Source: the human T2T-CHM13v2.0 reference genome, Homo sapiens
NCBI RefSeq assembly: GCF_009914755.1
Contig: NC_060934.1
Strand: one strand, 5' to 3'
Length of the DNA stretch: 64,000 nt
In this document: piece by piece, positions 46,285-59,747 of the stretch
Numbering within the stretch: the first letter of the stretch is position 1
Layout of the letters: every line of letters starts with the position of its first letter
Translations under genes and position numbers: made by a program
The notes under the pieces: generated by a model
Databases searched by the model: none
Seen by the model: only the letters and a program-made list of their open reading frames with translations
What the model was told of the DNA's origin: nothing

Positions 46285-46378
46285 CTTGCATACCAGATCT
46301 TTCAAAGTTACAACCTTCATCTTTTCCTGGGGCAATGACGATAATCATTTGGTTGGTATTTCCAATGATACTAGCAAT
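46285..46378 (-). pseudogene. Candidate exon (LLVSLEIPTK*LSSLPQEKMKVVTLKDLVCK)
   Basis: catatttcag|ATT ... AAG|gtatgt (alternative in-phase donor CTG|gtatgc at 46294); phase 2 to 0; one TGA. Confidence 0.55.
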
Positions 46379-46548
46379 CTGAAATATGTTAAGGCTTAAT
46401 TGTAGATTGTATAATTAGATTAAGCCAATTAATGCTGTGGCTTGGTTTTGCAATGTTCCTTTATTATTTGAATGCTTTTAGCCCTGGTTTCTTGTTTCTA
46501 GCAGAATTTCCCAACAGTAGCTCATTGTCCTTGCTTGGTTTTGATTAC

Positions 46549-46638
46549 TTAAACAATGTTAGCTTTGCCAGAGTCGATTGATACTTCGATCTGCTGAAGT
46601 GATATGTTGCAGAATGTGCTGTTTTCTGATTTTCTTAT
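46549..46638 (-). pseudogene. Candidate exon (*ENQKTAHSATYHFSRSKYQSTLAKLTLF)
   Basis: ctaatatttag|ATA ... TAA|gtaatc; 90 nt, phase 2-2; one TAA. Confidence 0.45.
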
Positions 46639-48599
46639 CTAAATATTAGTTGCCTAATGTACAGAGTTAATTTATAAATACTGGGAAGTTCCCTGAATCA
46701 AGTAAATTAACATACTGGGCCAGATTCACCAGCTTCCTTAGCAAACCCTCACATCAAGGCTGTCTTCATGCAAGTGTGAAAACCAGAACGACCCTTCAAA
46801 AGTTTTCCTGGCCAGAATAACTCTCTCATCAGATAATAGGCTATACTCATCCTAATATTCCAGTTTTATCACCACAATCAATTCATTCTACATAACTTCA
46901 CCTAGCATGGACACTTTTTGGAAGACCATTAGCATAGGATGAATATGGAAAAGCCAAGGAGCAGGACTGGACACCCAGATGAGGAGCAGCCTGATGTATA
47001 GGTTGTATTGGGGAGGTGAAGAGCAGGGAGATACAGGGGAAAAAAAAAACCCTAAAATTTGGCACTATTAATTAAGAGACTATATAACAGGGGAAAATAG
47101 CAATAGATAGTGACTTACTGACCATATAAAACTACAATTATTTCCTACATTTAATTCTTTAGTAAATATTTATTATTTTCCCACTATTTCTTAGCTACCT
47201 GCCAGGCAGTGAAGTTGGGAACAAAACAGACCAAGTCCTTACCCTCAGAGAGTTTTGTTTAGCATTGTTGTAGACATAAATATGTCACATGGAAATTTAA
47301 AAAACAAAAAGCCTCACACTTTTAAGCTTTTTCTACATGCCAGGCACTGTGTGAGTACCTTCCACATACTGATTTAGTCCTCTGAAGAAAACACGCAGTG
47401 GGTGACCACTGTTATGGCCGTTTTCTAGACAAGGAAACTGTGACCCTTGCTGCAGAACTGTGAATGAATGTGAATCCTCAGAGAGCTGCAGTTATGCCTT
47501 TGACTAGTGACAATGACAGTGTTTTGACCTAGCAGATGATACAGCTTTTTTGGTGTTAGAGTTTTAAAATAGTATTTGTGCAGTAAGATCGCATTCTCTG
47601 TTTCCCACTCAAAAAAATAAATTATTCAAACCACGAAAATAGGTGCCTAAAATCCACAGGGCAGAAGCAGCACTCTAGGCCCTGTGGGACCACTGTTGAG
47701 AAAAAGCCAATGCACCCCTGGGCCTCTGTTAGAAGAGTAACTTGGTACAGCTGTATAATTCCTTTTATGAAATGGATGGGTCTGATCAGGAATCAGAGCC
47801 TCGGGATGGACAATGAGACTCATCCACAACAGAACTAATATCTTATTCACCCAGGTTTGACTTTAAAATTATATCAGCCATGAAAATTATTTCACTGCCT
47901 TCTGTGGTGAACAATCGGGCTATATTTAATTTTAATCATTAATATGTAAAAATAATAAAAGCCACCAAAATAGTCTATAGTCAATTTTCTGATAAAAGTA
48001 AATTTATTTTTTCCCCATTTGTGATTTAAATGGCCTCCAGAAAGTTTTTTGCAAGTAAGTGTTAATTAAAAATATGGAAATGGATTTAAAGCACATTACA
48101 GTGCACAGTGGAAGAATAATCACAGGAGCTTTGGTCACACGACCATCCTCATTCCTCTATGTATTTTTTAACTGTCTAGGTTATTGGTTGTTTTTCTGCA
48201 TGCCTGTTCCTAGAGAAAACTGTGATTCCAATGAAAACAGTGGCCAAAAGCAAACTGATGCCCCTACGCTTTCCTGTTTACACAAATGAAATAAGCGTGT
48301 TCTCAGATTTCTTTATGCACGCAATGCTTTTTATATCTTGCCATCTTTAAAAACTATTCAACCTTTCATTCTTGACTTTCATTGACTTATTTTGGAACAA
48401 TGCACTGTAGTTAGTGCCAACACTATGTAGAGCCAGTGAACAAATTCTCTTTCTGAATTTATCAGAGAATGCCTGCTTTCACAACTCTAGTATACACATG
48501 TCATTTTACTTTTCTGAACCTGTATTTCCTCACATATAAACTAGAGATAAACATTTTTTGGAATCCATAATGAACTACTAGGGTTCCCCTTCCCCCTAA

Positions 48600-48850
48600 A
48601 GTTAGGTGCGTGGGTTTCAGAGTCAGATAGATCCGGGTTCTATTTCTGATAGAATTCTCCATTTTCTAGTTGTGGGGCATTGGCTGAGTTATTTAACCTC
48701 TTTAAGCTTTTGGCTCTTTCTCAAAACATGAAGTCAATAAAACCTTTCCTCCCAATGCAGTATGATTTGAAGGACCTACTATTTATAACGTGCTTTCTAA
48801 CTAGCCCAATGCCAAACACAGAGTAAGTTCTCAATAAATGAGAGCTGCTT
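48600..48850 (+). mobile_element. MIR
   Basis: gagtcagatagatccgggttc...agttatttaacctc...ctcaataaat. Confidence 0.7.
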
Positions 48851-49171
48851 TTTTTTTTTTTTCATCATCACAGTTTATATTCCCAAATGGTGGCCAGCAC
48901 TGACCTTAGGGCCTCCCCATTGAACAACTCCAGTGGGTACCTTTCACATTGTATTGTGAGTGGGGGACCAGAGGAGGCTCACGGAAAGCAATGTGAATCA
49001 TGGCCCCTAGAGTCAGGCAACTTATCAGCCCTCCTAGAAATTTGCTTCATGATGTTACTTTCATTAGGAGCTAGGTGAGGGGTATGGTATCTCTGAGGAA
49101 CTCTTTATGGCTTTAAACTACACTGTGTCTAAAAAACAGTTTAATGATAAGTCAGTTAAAAATAACTACTG

Positions 49172-49525
<354 letters not shown>

Positions 49526-50056
49526 TCAAACAAATACTCTAGGGCTCCATTGATATGAAATACAGATAGTTGCACTGATGCAACAATACAATGACTAGGT
49601 TTGCTTCTCCAAGTGTTACCGTTTTTCAAGAAAAATATTTAAACTGACTTGTAGCTGGTCTAACAAACTAGGCAGCCCTGAAGATTTTTAGATGAATGGA
49701 TAGATACTCTGATGAAATACTCAACATCCAATGAATGCCCCCCGTGTATAAAGGCCTGAGCTAGGGGTCCTTAAGATGAATATGACGTGCCCCACGTCCT
49801 CGAGTTGTTTCCACACAATGGCGAGAAATCACTCTACCTGGCTGTCACTCAAGGCCAATGTGACAAATACTATGAAGTTGAATAAGCAAGATACTCTGCG
49901 AGCACAAGGGCGATGACGAGAAACTTCACAGAGTTGATTGAGCTGGGTGGAAAGTCCAGGTGGATGAGATGGCCTGGCAGGATGCAGGGAAAAGCTCCCC
50001 CAGCAGAGGGAGCAGCACAGGCAATACAGGGCTGAGACCACAGCTTCCTCCACCCC

Positions 50057-50116
50057 TTGCTTTGCTTCGCTCTGCTTTGCTTTGCCTTGCTCTTTTTTTT
50101 TTTTTTTTTTTTTTTC
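50057..50116. repeat. (TTTGC)n plus poly-T tract
   Basis: Direct. Confidence 0.85.
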
Positions 50117-52959
50117 ATATAACAATTATGGAGCACCCACTCTGCTGCAAGCACTGGGCAAGCAGGGAAAGAGTGAGTGGTCTAGTACAGCTGGAGCTCG
50201 AGATCTGTGAAGGCAAGAACATGGAGTTGAATCCTTCAAAAAATAGAAGGGCACAGGTGGGACAGGCATCAGCAGGTGCCCCCAATGAGTTTTATGGCTG
50301 ACTTAATGTTAGGGACAAGGGAGAGGGAATAACTGAAGACAGCTGCAAGGCTTTGAGTCCAGTAACTGAGAAGCTGGTGATGCCACCAAACGATAAAGGA
50401 ATTGGAGGAGGAGCAGGTTTGGGGAAGGTAATTAAGGAAAAATAAATGGACAAGCTTCAGCCTGTCAATGATTCCAGTAAGCACTAAATGTGTACTCCAA
50501 ATATTCTTCTACATCGTGACTGAAAAATACTGAATCTGGGGATCTACACAGGCAAGCAACTTTGAGTTTTGTATAAATAGAGAAAAAGCCACTTGAAATT
50601 TAGTAACATAAGATACAACATCTGTAGCTGGACTAGAGACGACCTAGTCCAACTCCCTAATTTTACAAACAAAGAAACCACATCTCAGACCTACTCTCAA
50701 CTGAGCAGCAGAGCCAATCCAGAACTCTGACTACACATTTAAGGGGAAAAAAATCTACATTTTTAGAACATTCAAATCTGGAATCAAGATACCACCTAGA
50801 TTTTTCAGAGCTGCTGCTATTTCAGTTTGTTTATTTTTAACTAAACTAGTATGATTCGCAGACTGTAGGTGAAAGGTCTCTTTTGAGAACATGTATTGCT
50901 ATGTACACCATTGTCCACAAAATCAGTTTTGTAGTTAATTTCTAAGATTTCAGATTTCAAGAAAAGCCAGGGAAACTTAGAGTACCTAGACCCATTCTGT
51001 ATAAGGGAAGACATGCTTCTTTAGGTCATTGAAATAATGACATCTGCCATATATGGAATAAAAGGCTGCCTTGCCTAGGAGGAAGGGCTTGGGTGCTCAC
51101 TGAAAGTGTCCTGTTTCTAGAATGCCAAGCACATATGACTAATTGGCAGTAGTTTCCTCCAAAGCAAGAAAATCCTGCCTGCTGACCAGAGAAAAGTGCC
51201 TAATACGGTTAAAGAATCACTAAGTGAGACTTTTTTATAAAAAAGGAAAAAAAAAAAAAAGGGTAGGGGCTAGGGAGAGCTAAGCAGAGAGGGAAATATT
51301 TATAACTGTAACAACATGTTTCCTGGTAATAATTTATGAGCCTACTGGAGAAAAGGGAAACACACAAACTATGAATAAAATATCTAAACGTAAACATCAT
51401 GCTTTCTGCAAATTTCTTTAGTTAAAAATTAAGGCTGAGGTTGACTAAAGTAAATGACTGCATTTTCGTGGTCTCTTATTTCCTTGATGCTAAGGGTTAC
51501 CAACTGATTTACAACTTCCTGTGTTGTTTTTTAAATCTATATTTGTCAGCACATTTTTAATGTCAGATTACTTAAAATAGACATCTTGGCTCTAAGAGGT
51601 CAGAAATAATAATATTAGGTTGACTTCTCTAAAGATTTCATAGCACTTTACAAGTATTCTAATTTAGCACCAAAGCTTTTTATTTCTAAACGAATATGGT
51701 TTTAAGAAGCTTAGCCCCCACTTTCAGTTGTGGACTTCGGGACTGAAGTGCAGTTCAATCAGTATGCTTTGAAGTTAAGTAAATTACATGATAGCTTTAT
51801 CTAAATAGTTTCAGCCTCCTCCTATTCAGGTAGTTTCAACTGTCAACAGGAAGTGCATGAAAAAAGAAAGACTCGAACCAAGGACCTAGAGTTCTTCCAT
51901 TGTAGTTTCTTTCTGTTCTAACCATTATAATTTATTATCTCATATGATTTCTGCAAATTATCGGTACTTATTCAAAAAGAGTATTCTCTAATATGAGAGT
52001 CATGAAATAGCTTCATCTTCATATAAGCTGTCATAATATGTAATGAAAATGCAATGTCCATAAAATAAAATTTTTAAATATTAAACACCTCAATTTTAAA
52101 TAGAACGCTCTAGAAGAAACTAACCAAAAATCTATGATTAGAATTGTTTGAAATATTTTATACTGAGTTCAAGGGTATGCCTTGAACCTAGTAAGCTAAA
52201 CAAATATACTCTGAGTGGCTTGTAAAAAATATTTTGAAAAGCATTCAATTTTTTTAACTATTTATAATGGAACCATACTTTTCCATCTCTCACCCTGAGG
52301 AAGTTGCAAGGTAAGGTCAATCTAAGAATCAAAAGTACAATGCTGAATTTAGTAGTTGAAGAGCTCCGGTATTTCATTTTCACAAGAGAGACGTGTTGAA
52401 AGTTTGCCCTGTAAGCCCTGACTCTTTACTTTTGACAAAATTTGTTAAGGGAATCTTTTAAAAATGAATGTAATCAGGGCAACCACAGGCCATATTTGAA
52501 ACTGGAAAACAAAAGATAAAGAGAGTGATAAATTGGGTGGGGGAAGGGGAGAGGCAGATTTTCTAATTGGAAAGTTAGGTGTAAACACTCTCCTTTTCTA
52601 AATAGGTGGCTTGCCCTAATCCTGATCATGCTACATATCTACCTCATTATGTCATTCTATCTAGGTCTCAAAAGAGAAGTTGTTTGGGACCAAGGAACTC
52701 TTCAAATAACGTGGTATTGAATATATGTTTGATACTTTAAAGACTGTCACTATATGGAAACAGAGTGATAGCATGTCCTCATTAACAAATTCTTCCCAGT
52801 TAATTGGGCTGCTTGAGCAGTGTTAACAATTACATATAAAAATAGCATGGACCAGCATCCTCAATATGGCTATTCTAGTCTGTCTTTCAATGATGGCATT
52901 AGAAAGATGATCCTTTCAATAATAACAGTAATTATAAGTAATAATAGTAATACACCTTG

Positions 52960-53180
52960 AGGTTTAATAATACTTTCCCTTTGAAGAACTCCCAGCATTT
53001 TCATCCACATTATCTAGTTTGTGCTTGAAACAATTCGATGAAGTAGCCAGGTAGCAATTATCATTATCCTCCTTTTACAGATAAATAAACTGAGGCCTAG
53101 GGATTTTCTTAGCATCCCACAGTTAGGAATAGAGCCAAGTCTAAAGCCTATAATTCAGTGATCTATCTTCCAGATTATTG
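52960..53180 (-). mobile_element. MIR
   Basis: attatcctccttttacagataaataaactgaggc core. Confidence 0.7.
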
Positions 53181-53526
53181 CATCTTTAGAAAATATCTGG
53201 GTATCTGAAGGACTGCTCTATCCCTCAGGAAATGTTTGCACCACGGCCAGATCAAAACATCTTTTCCTTTTAAATTGCATTTACACTACAAGAAGGTGCT
53301 CCTTTTCTGATTCATTAAAGAGAGGATTTTATTGTCTGAGGTCATTAAAATAGGAATACTCAGATTTCTTTCCAAATTGTAGTATTGGCCTTAAGCAGGA
53401 GTACACTTAAAAAGTCAAAAGATATCTAAAATACTCTGGAATCAGTTACTTTAATCATCTAACTTTTTAAAAAATGATTATTTGAAGCCCAAGCGAAACA
53501 AGATCAAATCAAGAGATAAATAAAAA

Positions 53527-53680
53527 TGGGCACAAGGTGTTAACTGGAGTGTCCTAGCCAGATTGCAAATTGGTTTACTGTGGCCTGCCAACTTAAATTT
53601 CTCCTTGCAGCTTCAGCTGGAATGGGTAATCTTCATTTCCTGTCCTAACTTGTTGTACTGTGTTACCGTTCACTGTTTAG
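53527..53680 (+). mobile_element. AmnSINE1/MamSINE1-like Deu-domain relic
   Basis: ggtgttaac..gtgtcctagccagatt...cttcatttcctgtcctaacttgttgt matches the recalled AmnSINE1 core; aligns with 61741-61936. Confidence 0.65.
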
Positions 53681-54334
53681 GTGATTAGCATGTGTGGATC
53701 TAATGGTCTCGAAGCTCTATTAAGTTATAAATGTTCAAACTACCAGTATGCTGTGGATAAAAATAGAACTTGCTATTAGATGTCTATTCATACTCCGCAG
53801 AAGCCTGGCAACATTTTGAACCTTTTCAAAATGTAAATACTGCATATTAAGCATAGGAAAGAAAATTAATGTGCTGCATTTGCAAATTTATTTCCAAGTC
53901 AAAAATGCAAAGGAGGAGGAGGACTCTTGTTAGCAGAATTGATATTCTACATTTACAGAGTATATTAAGAAGTTTGTAATGGCCCTATCACAAAAGAAAA
54001 ATACTTTAAAAATGGATTAATTAGTTTCTCTGATAATGTTGGCTTTTGAATTTCCTCTTTTCATTTAAAATTTATGGCCTCAGTATGACATTACTAGAGT
54101 TTATTGCATTTTGCAGGTGGCATTCATATGTTGCTACTTTATGTGCCATATATTGTGGGCAATGGGTTGCAAGTTTTTGTTAAAAATTTCCAGAACCACA
54201 CAAGTACTTCTTAATTAGACTTGCAAATGAGTAATGCCTTTCTTCAAGGGGGGGAAAATAGTTAAAACATTACAGGAATTTCTGTGCCTTTTTTCCCTTA
54301 GTTAATAGTCAGGAAAGTTTGCAATCAAGTTTAC

Positions 54335-54486
54335 TTCTTGAAACTTTGACATTTTATACTAAGTTCTGATTTACATATGAAGTCATCATCTGACAATTCC
54401 AAACAAATGTCTTTACAAAGCAAACCGGTATTTTGTCTATGTGCCTATGGCTCAAAAAAGCTTGAGCAGATTTATCTTGCTTTCTG
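54335..54486 (-). pseudogene. Candidate exon (QKAR*ICSSFFEP*AHRQNTGLLCKDICLELSDDDFICKSELSIKCQSFK)
   Basis: ctattttgaacag|CAG ... GAA|gtaaac; 152 nt, phase 0 to 2; two stops. Confidence 0.35.
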
Positions 54487-55344
54487 CTGTTCAAAATAGT
54501 GGAAAGTTGTAATCTCAACTGCATATTTAATATCTCAAAAAATGTAATAATAGATTTTAATAATTTAATAATTATCCCCTTAGTCATAGATTTTAGTGGC
54601 ACAAACACTACACGCAAATCACTATACTTTCTCCAAACAAGCATTACTAAAGTAAAACAATACATCAGAGCTCATACTATTGATAATGTTAACACGGAAA
54701 ATAGAAAAAAGAAAGCATAAAGTGATAAAATTTTCAGATAAAATCTTTATACCACTTCTCAGACATAGTAAGATCTAGAAGCAGAGTCTAATTCCTATAA
54801 GCATGTTTTTAGATCCAAACTGACTCTGTACTTTGTTCCAAGAGAGTTCAAAATTCTTAGTGTTTATTCCCATGGCGGATGTCCATTTCATCTTGAATAT
54901 GCAAATTTTTAAAAGATTTCTTACGATTTTATTTGCCATGTAAATAACGACCTTGATTTTTTAAGATACATAACGTTTGGCAATGAAATTTCATACTGAC
55001 GAGTATTAAATTATGCCAAAAAGCCATTTACTTGATATTCTTCAAATACCATAGCACAATTCAACTTAAAGCACAATTCAACTTTAAATACCGTAGCACA
55101 AGTCAAGTAAAGATGTAAACCATCTTAAATAACACTAATGCAATGTGCACGTAATGAACAATATAACTAACTTAATTTTCATGTAACAGATAACATCTGG
55201 GGGAAATGTATATTGGCAAGTTATGCAAAACTAATTTTCTAGCAACCACATCTGTAGATGTTATTTATTGTATGTTCACTTAACAGTCCATTATTCTGTT
55301 TAGAAATCTATTCTCTTCTTTATTAGAGCTTTTAATGTACTCAC

Positions 55345-55428
55345 CTTAGTTCAAATGGTCTGCTCATTATCAGAAAAAATATAAATGGCATTCACATGGA
55401 ACAACATGATTGTTTTTATTATATCCAT
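55345..55428 (-). pseudogene. Candidate first coding exon of nested gene (MDIIKTIMLFHVNAIYIFSDNEQTI*TK)
   Basis: Perfect donor AAG|gtgagta at 55345/55344; in-frame ATG at 55428; one TGA; ends phase 0. Confidence 0.4.
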
Positions 55429-56567
55429 TTGTGTTCAAGCATTCAAAAATGGCAAGAGAAACACATTTATTGCTTTACATTCAAAGTACTATTTAGGGGG
55501 TATTTGAAAGTCAAGCAAAACCAATCATTTGGCAAAATGGATGTATGTGTATAATCAGAAACTCCTGATTTTTAATCTCAGCATTAGGCCTCAGGCAACT
55601 CACCTAAAGGCCTTCCCTTTGTTTCCTGATCTGAAGATTATGGGTGCTATTCTCATATAGAAGAAGGGAGGTTGCTAAATCAGGGTACCAAATAGGAGTG
55701 TTTTTTTAATAAACATTCTTGATCCTTTTCTGTTTTTATTTTTCCAGATTTAAGAGGTAACATATTAGACTTTTGAGGAAAAAAAAATGAGACAATTACA
55801 ATTCTACAGGAATGTATAAAAATAGTTATAAAACTAGCTTTATTTAATTTGTTTCAACTATTCATAGACTTGAGGAAATTATAACGTTCTTTCAGAAAAT
55901 CTAACTTAATAAAGCTGACCATGTCTCTCTGTTTTTAAATAGATTTTATTACAGAACCAGTGATGTTGTAAAACATGAGGTTTTGTTAAAAAAAAAAATA
56001 CAAAGGCCTAATTGTATTTTTTAAAGAAACTATTGCATCAGACGGTTTCATTTAAACGTATTTTCTGGCTCTGGGCTCTCACCACAATTATTGATTCTAA
56101 TTTTCCTTAAACTTGCTTTTTAAAAAGGCTACCATTTTTAATGTGAAAAAAATCACTGTGATGCTTCTGGGCATTATGTTTATTTCAAACCATATATTTG
56201 ATAATGTACTTTATTATTATTAATGAAAAGACTTTATATTTACCCTCATCTGAAATTGGGACATTTCTTTCCCTTGCAGTATCTCACTAACACAGCTAAG
56301 TGTAATTCTTCATAAAGGAGAAAAACTGAGCTAGGGTTTGGTTCACTAATAGTATGCAAAACACCCTGAAGAAAAGAAATTCTCACCCCCCAGTTTTTGT
56401 GCACCAATTAAATCAAATTAATAGTTATATGGGCTACACTCATAAAAATCAAGGCAAAGAAAAGCTCAACTCTCAGTCAGAACTTCAGGTTCTTGGGAGT
56501 TTCACTCCACCAAAGAAATGATGATGTGGAAGCTGGGAAGTTCCAAGTTTCCAAGTGTGTGCCCAGT

Positions 56568-56610
56568 ACACACACACACACAGACACACACACACACACA
56601 CACACACACA
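56568..56610. repeat. (CA)n microsatellite, one interruption
   Basis: Direct. Confidence 0.95.
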
Positions 56611-58943
56611 GTGCCAAAGACCAGGAAACTGGGTAGTTGGTGAGTCATTCAGATGAGCCTTATAAAGAAATCCAGAGGACAGGGATGTGAGGGAAAGAAA
56701 TGAGAGAATTGGACACAAATACCTGCTTACATTTAAGTGTATAATGTGATGGGGAAATGGGTACAAGTAGAAAAGGGCCAGTGGTAGAATCTGCTACTAC
56801 CAGGCTAGAGAGGCAACCTATTGAGAACTTCCACAGGGGGTGAGGGCAAGTGAGCAGGAAGGCCTAGCCTGTGTATGGCCAAGCTTAGCAACAAGACAAA
56901 TATGGTGACAGTAGACCAGAAAAAATTCTACTGCATTAAAAACAACACTTTTACCTTGCAGATTATCTCAGTGCCTGCGGTAAATTCAGTAGACTCCATT
57001 CAATTCCTTTCTCTCTTCTTTTCAACGTCTCACTCATCCCCACCACCCCCACTCCAAACTTCCTGTTCCTTGGTGTATATTAAAGTCTATACCACTAAGT
57101 AAATACCTCATCATCTTCCCTTGTCTCTGATTCCCATGTGCAGCTTATTTATTTTACCTATAATGTTTCAGAGGCCGCTAAAATATGTTTAGCTGTCTCC
57201 TTTTCCTAGCTTGGTAAAATAAAGAGCAATAGAAGGTAAAGGAAGGATGAAAAACAAGAGTGCTGAAAAAAGGTACAAATCATTTCGTGGGAAGGTGAAA
57301 TTCTTGTTTGCCCCATTTAGGAAAAATGCAATGGCTCGTGGAAGTGCATAAGAGAAAAGAACTGTTCTGATATGTTTTCTCAATATTCTATTTTGATTAA
57401 CATTTAGTTGACTTAAGATAAACAATCTGGAATGATGTCACCTAACAGAATAAAAATTAAGTGCTTGATAATAGCAATAATTTCCAAATATGGCAACTTA
57501 ATGACGTATTACAGTTTACTGAAAACCACAAAGGACAAGAAGTCAGCACACCAGGGTTTAATTCCCAGCCCTGTCAAGAAGTAATTATTTGACCTTAGGC
57601 CAATCATTTAACCTCTTGGTTTCCAAATCTTTTTGCCTATAAAGTTAGGACACGTTGGGGCTTCTATATATTTACACTAAGCAACAACTTTGTATAAAAT
57701 CAAGTTAAAATTAATAATATTAATTCAATGCAAAACACATAAGCATTTGTAAGACCAAAAACAAACCTTAGCTTCCAGCGCATTTCAAAACTTATCTAAA
57801 TCAAAAACATTAATATTTAAATGATGACATGTAACATATTTATTTGAAATATTGTAGAGACATTAAAAATGAATGCATTATTATTTCATTGGGTTTTTTT
57901 TCAGGCTTCACAGGATGATAATTATTTCGTGAATTTATGCATTTTCAAAATTTTGTCTTCAAACTTATGTTTGAAGCTCTAATCTCAGGGCCTGACTTTG
58001 TCAGCATACTGTGGGTGGCTTCATCCCTGGGCCACAATAACAAGCTCCTATAAAGCAAAACAATTTACCAGTTTACAATGAGGCATGTAGTAGGCATGAA
58101 AACGAGAACCCTCAAGTGGGCACGTCTCTACAGATCAATTGGGATGGGAATTGAAATTAAAATCAAATGTTGCTTATTAAACATGGAATTAGAACAACTA
58201 ATTAAATGAATCAAATGTTTAATGTTATTAATACCCTCATCTCCCCTTTCCCTCCCCCAAGTCAGAGTGAGATGAGCACTGCCAAAGTTGGCTTCCTTGA
58301 CTCTCCTTTTCCTTCATTTCCAGTGTTAACCAACCGTCAGCCTCCTTCTGAGTGGCACGCTGTTGCTAAAGAATTGTTAAATACTCATAGTGAAGTCTTG
58401 CCTTGCCCTGTGTGTTTTTGACAAATCTCCTTCCTGATCTACTGGCTTCATATATTAATCTTTGCAGCCCTTATTGTCTTCATCACCAAGTTCTTGATGG
58501 CCACTTCAGCAGCTACATTCTGCTGAGTAATAGCAGTCCCCATCAGGATGACATTAAGTGTATTAAACACCTAATCCTCTGCCAGAACTAGAGAAGATAC
58601 ACAGAGCATCTAAAACTTGGTTCTCCACCTACAGAGGGCTTGTAGTCAGGAGAAGGGGGATACTGAAGCACAAAACAGTTAAGAACGAGGAGATACTACA
58701 TGAAATCCTAAACCACAGAGTATCGAAAGGAAATGAGACAGTGGGAAAACAAAGTGTTAATTTTGAGAAATGGAGCTCAAAAAGCACTAGAGGACAAAAA
58801 AGGCAATGGCATCAAAAATTCAAAGGAGGTGGCACTTGAAAGATAACAGACTTGGAACTATGGTACATATATAACGGAACTGACCGAAACTGTGGTTGCT
58901 CACCAAAGGCTCTGTCATAATTCAACTTTTTTCTTCCCATCAG

Positions 58944-59066
58944 CAAGTGATAGAGGTTGTCAAGTCTGCATGTGGCCCTTTCCCAAATCCTCTGGAAGAA
59001 GGAATCTCATTTGATATTTATTCAACATTCATAGAGCCCCCCACAATATTGGATACGGAAATGAAG
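58944..59066 (+). CDS. CABCOCO1: Internal coding exon of CABCOCO1 (C10orf107), [41 protein letters not shown]
   Basis: Acceptor ttttttcttcccatcag|CAA, donor AAG|gtatat, 123 nt phase 0-0, open. Peptide recognised from memory as CABCOCO1; splices in frame to the next exon. Confidence 0.92.
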
Positions 59067-59435
59067 GTATATTTCTTTTTGTCTTTCCATTCACCCTACC
59101 TCATCATTATATTCTCTTGGGGTGGGAGGAAACGAACTAAATGTTTTCTTCATTTTCTTTGCCTCTGATTTTTCCCAACCAAATACAAATATTTCTCTAA
59201 GTGTTGATTCAAAGATGAGTCCGCTGATGGTAGTTCAGCAATTTTAATCTTTTCCACCCTACCCTTCCTAATCTCCACCTTCACTTTCCCCTGGGCACCA
59301 CATTGGTACCATGAGTTGATCTGTCATAACCCTCATGAACAGGAATATAAATACAGAGTAACATCATATCAAAATCTCCCCCCAGATTGACATTGTTTCT
59401 GCTAGAAAAGTATCCAATAGAAATTTGAGGTTCCA

Positions 59436-59672
59436 ATGAGAACACATGGACACAGGGAGGAGAACAACACACATCTGGGCCATTTGGAGGGTGGGCAAGG
59501 AAGGGAAGGGAGAACATCAGGACAAATAGCTAATGCATGCGGGCCTTAAAACCTAGATGACAGGTTGATAGGTGCAGAAAACCACCATGGCACACGTATA
59601 CCTATGTAACAAACCTACACACTTTGCACTTGTATCCTGGAACTTAAAGTAAAATAAAATATATTTAAAACA
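59436..59672 (+). mobile_element. L1PA8-like 3' UTR fragment inside the short CABCOCO1 intron
   Basis: Typical 3' end; 17-bp TSD agaaatttgaggttcca / agaagttttaggttcca (59419, 59673). Confidence 0.9.
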
Positions 59673-59747
59673 AGAAGTTTTAGGTTCCATATAAATCACC
59701 GAATGCTCTAGAAATCACCCGAGTGCTATTTACTTTCAATATTCTAG

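Noticed and set aside
51318-51330. RFX X-box-like GTTTCCTGGTAAT
   Set aside because: Imperfect half site, isolated and far from any promoter; expected by chance.
53794-54960. Further minus-strand exon candidates 54960-54832 (open, acceptor AA instead of AG) and 53839-53794
   Set aside because: The first lacks an AG and the second breaks phase continuity; not supportable without alignments.
55044-55106. Three short repeats agcacaa(t/g)tcaa as a CRISPR-like or regulatory array
   Set aside because: Simple slippage duplication; eukaryotic intron, no spacers or cas genes.
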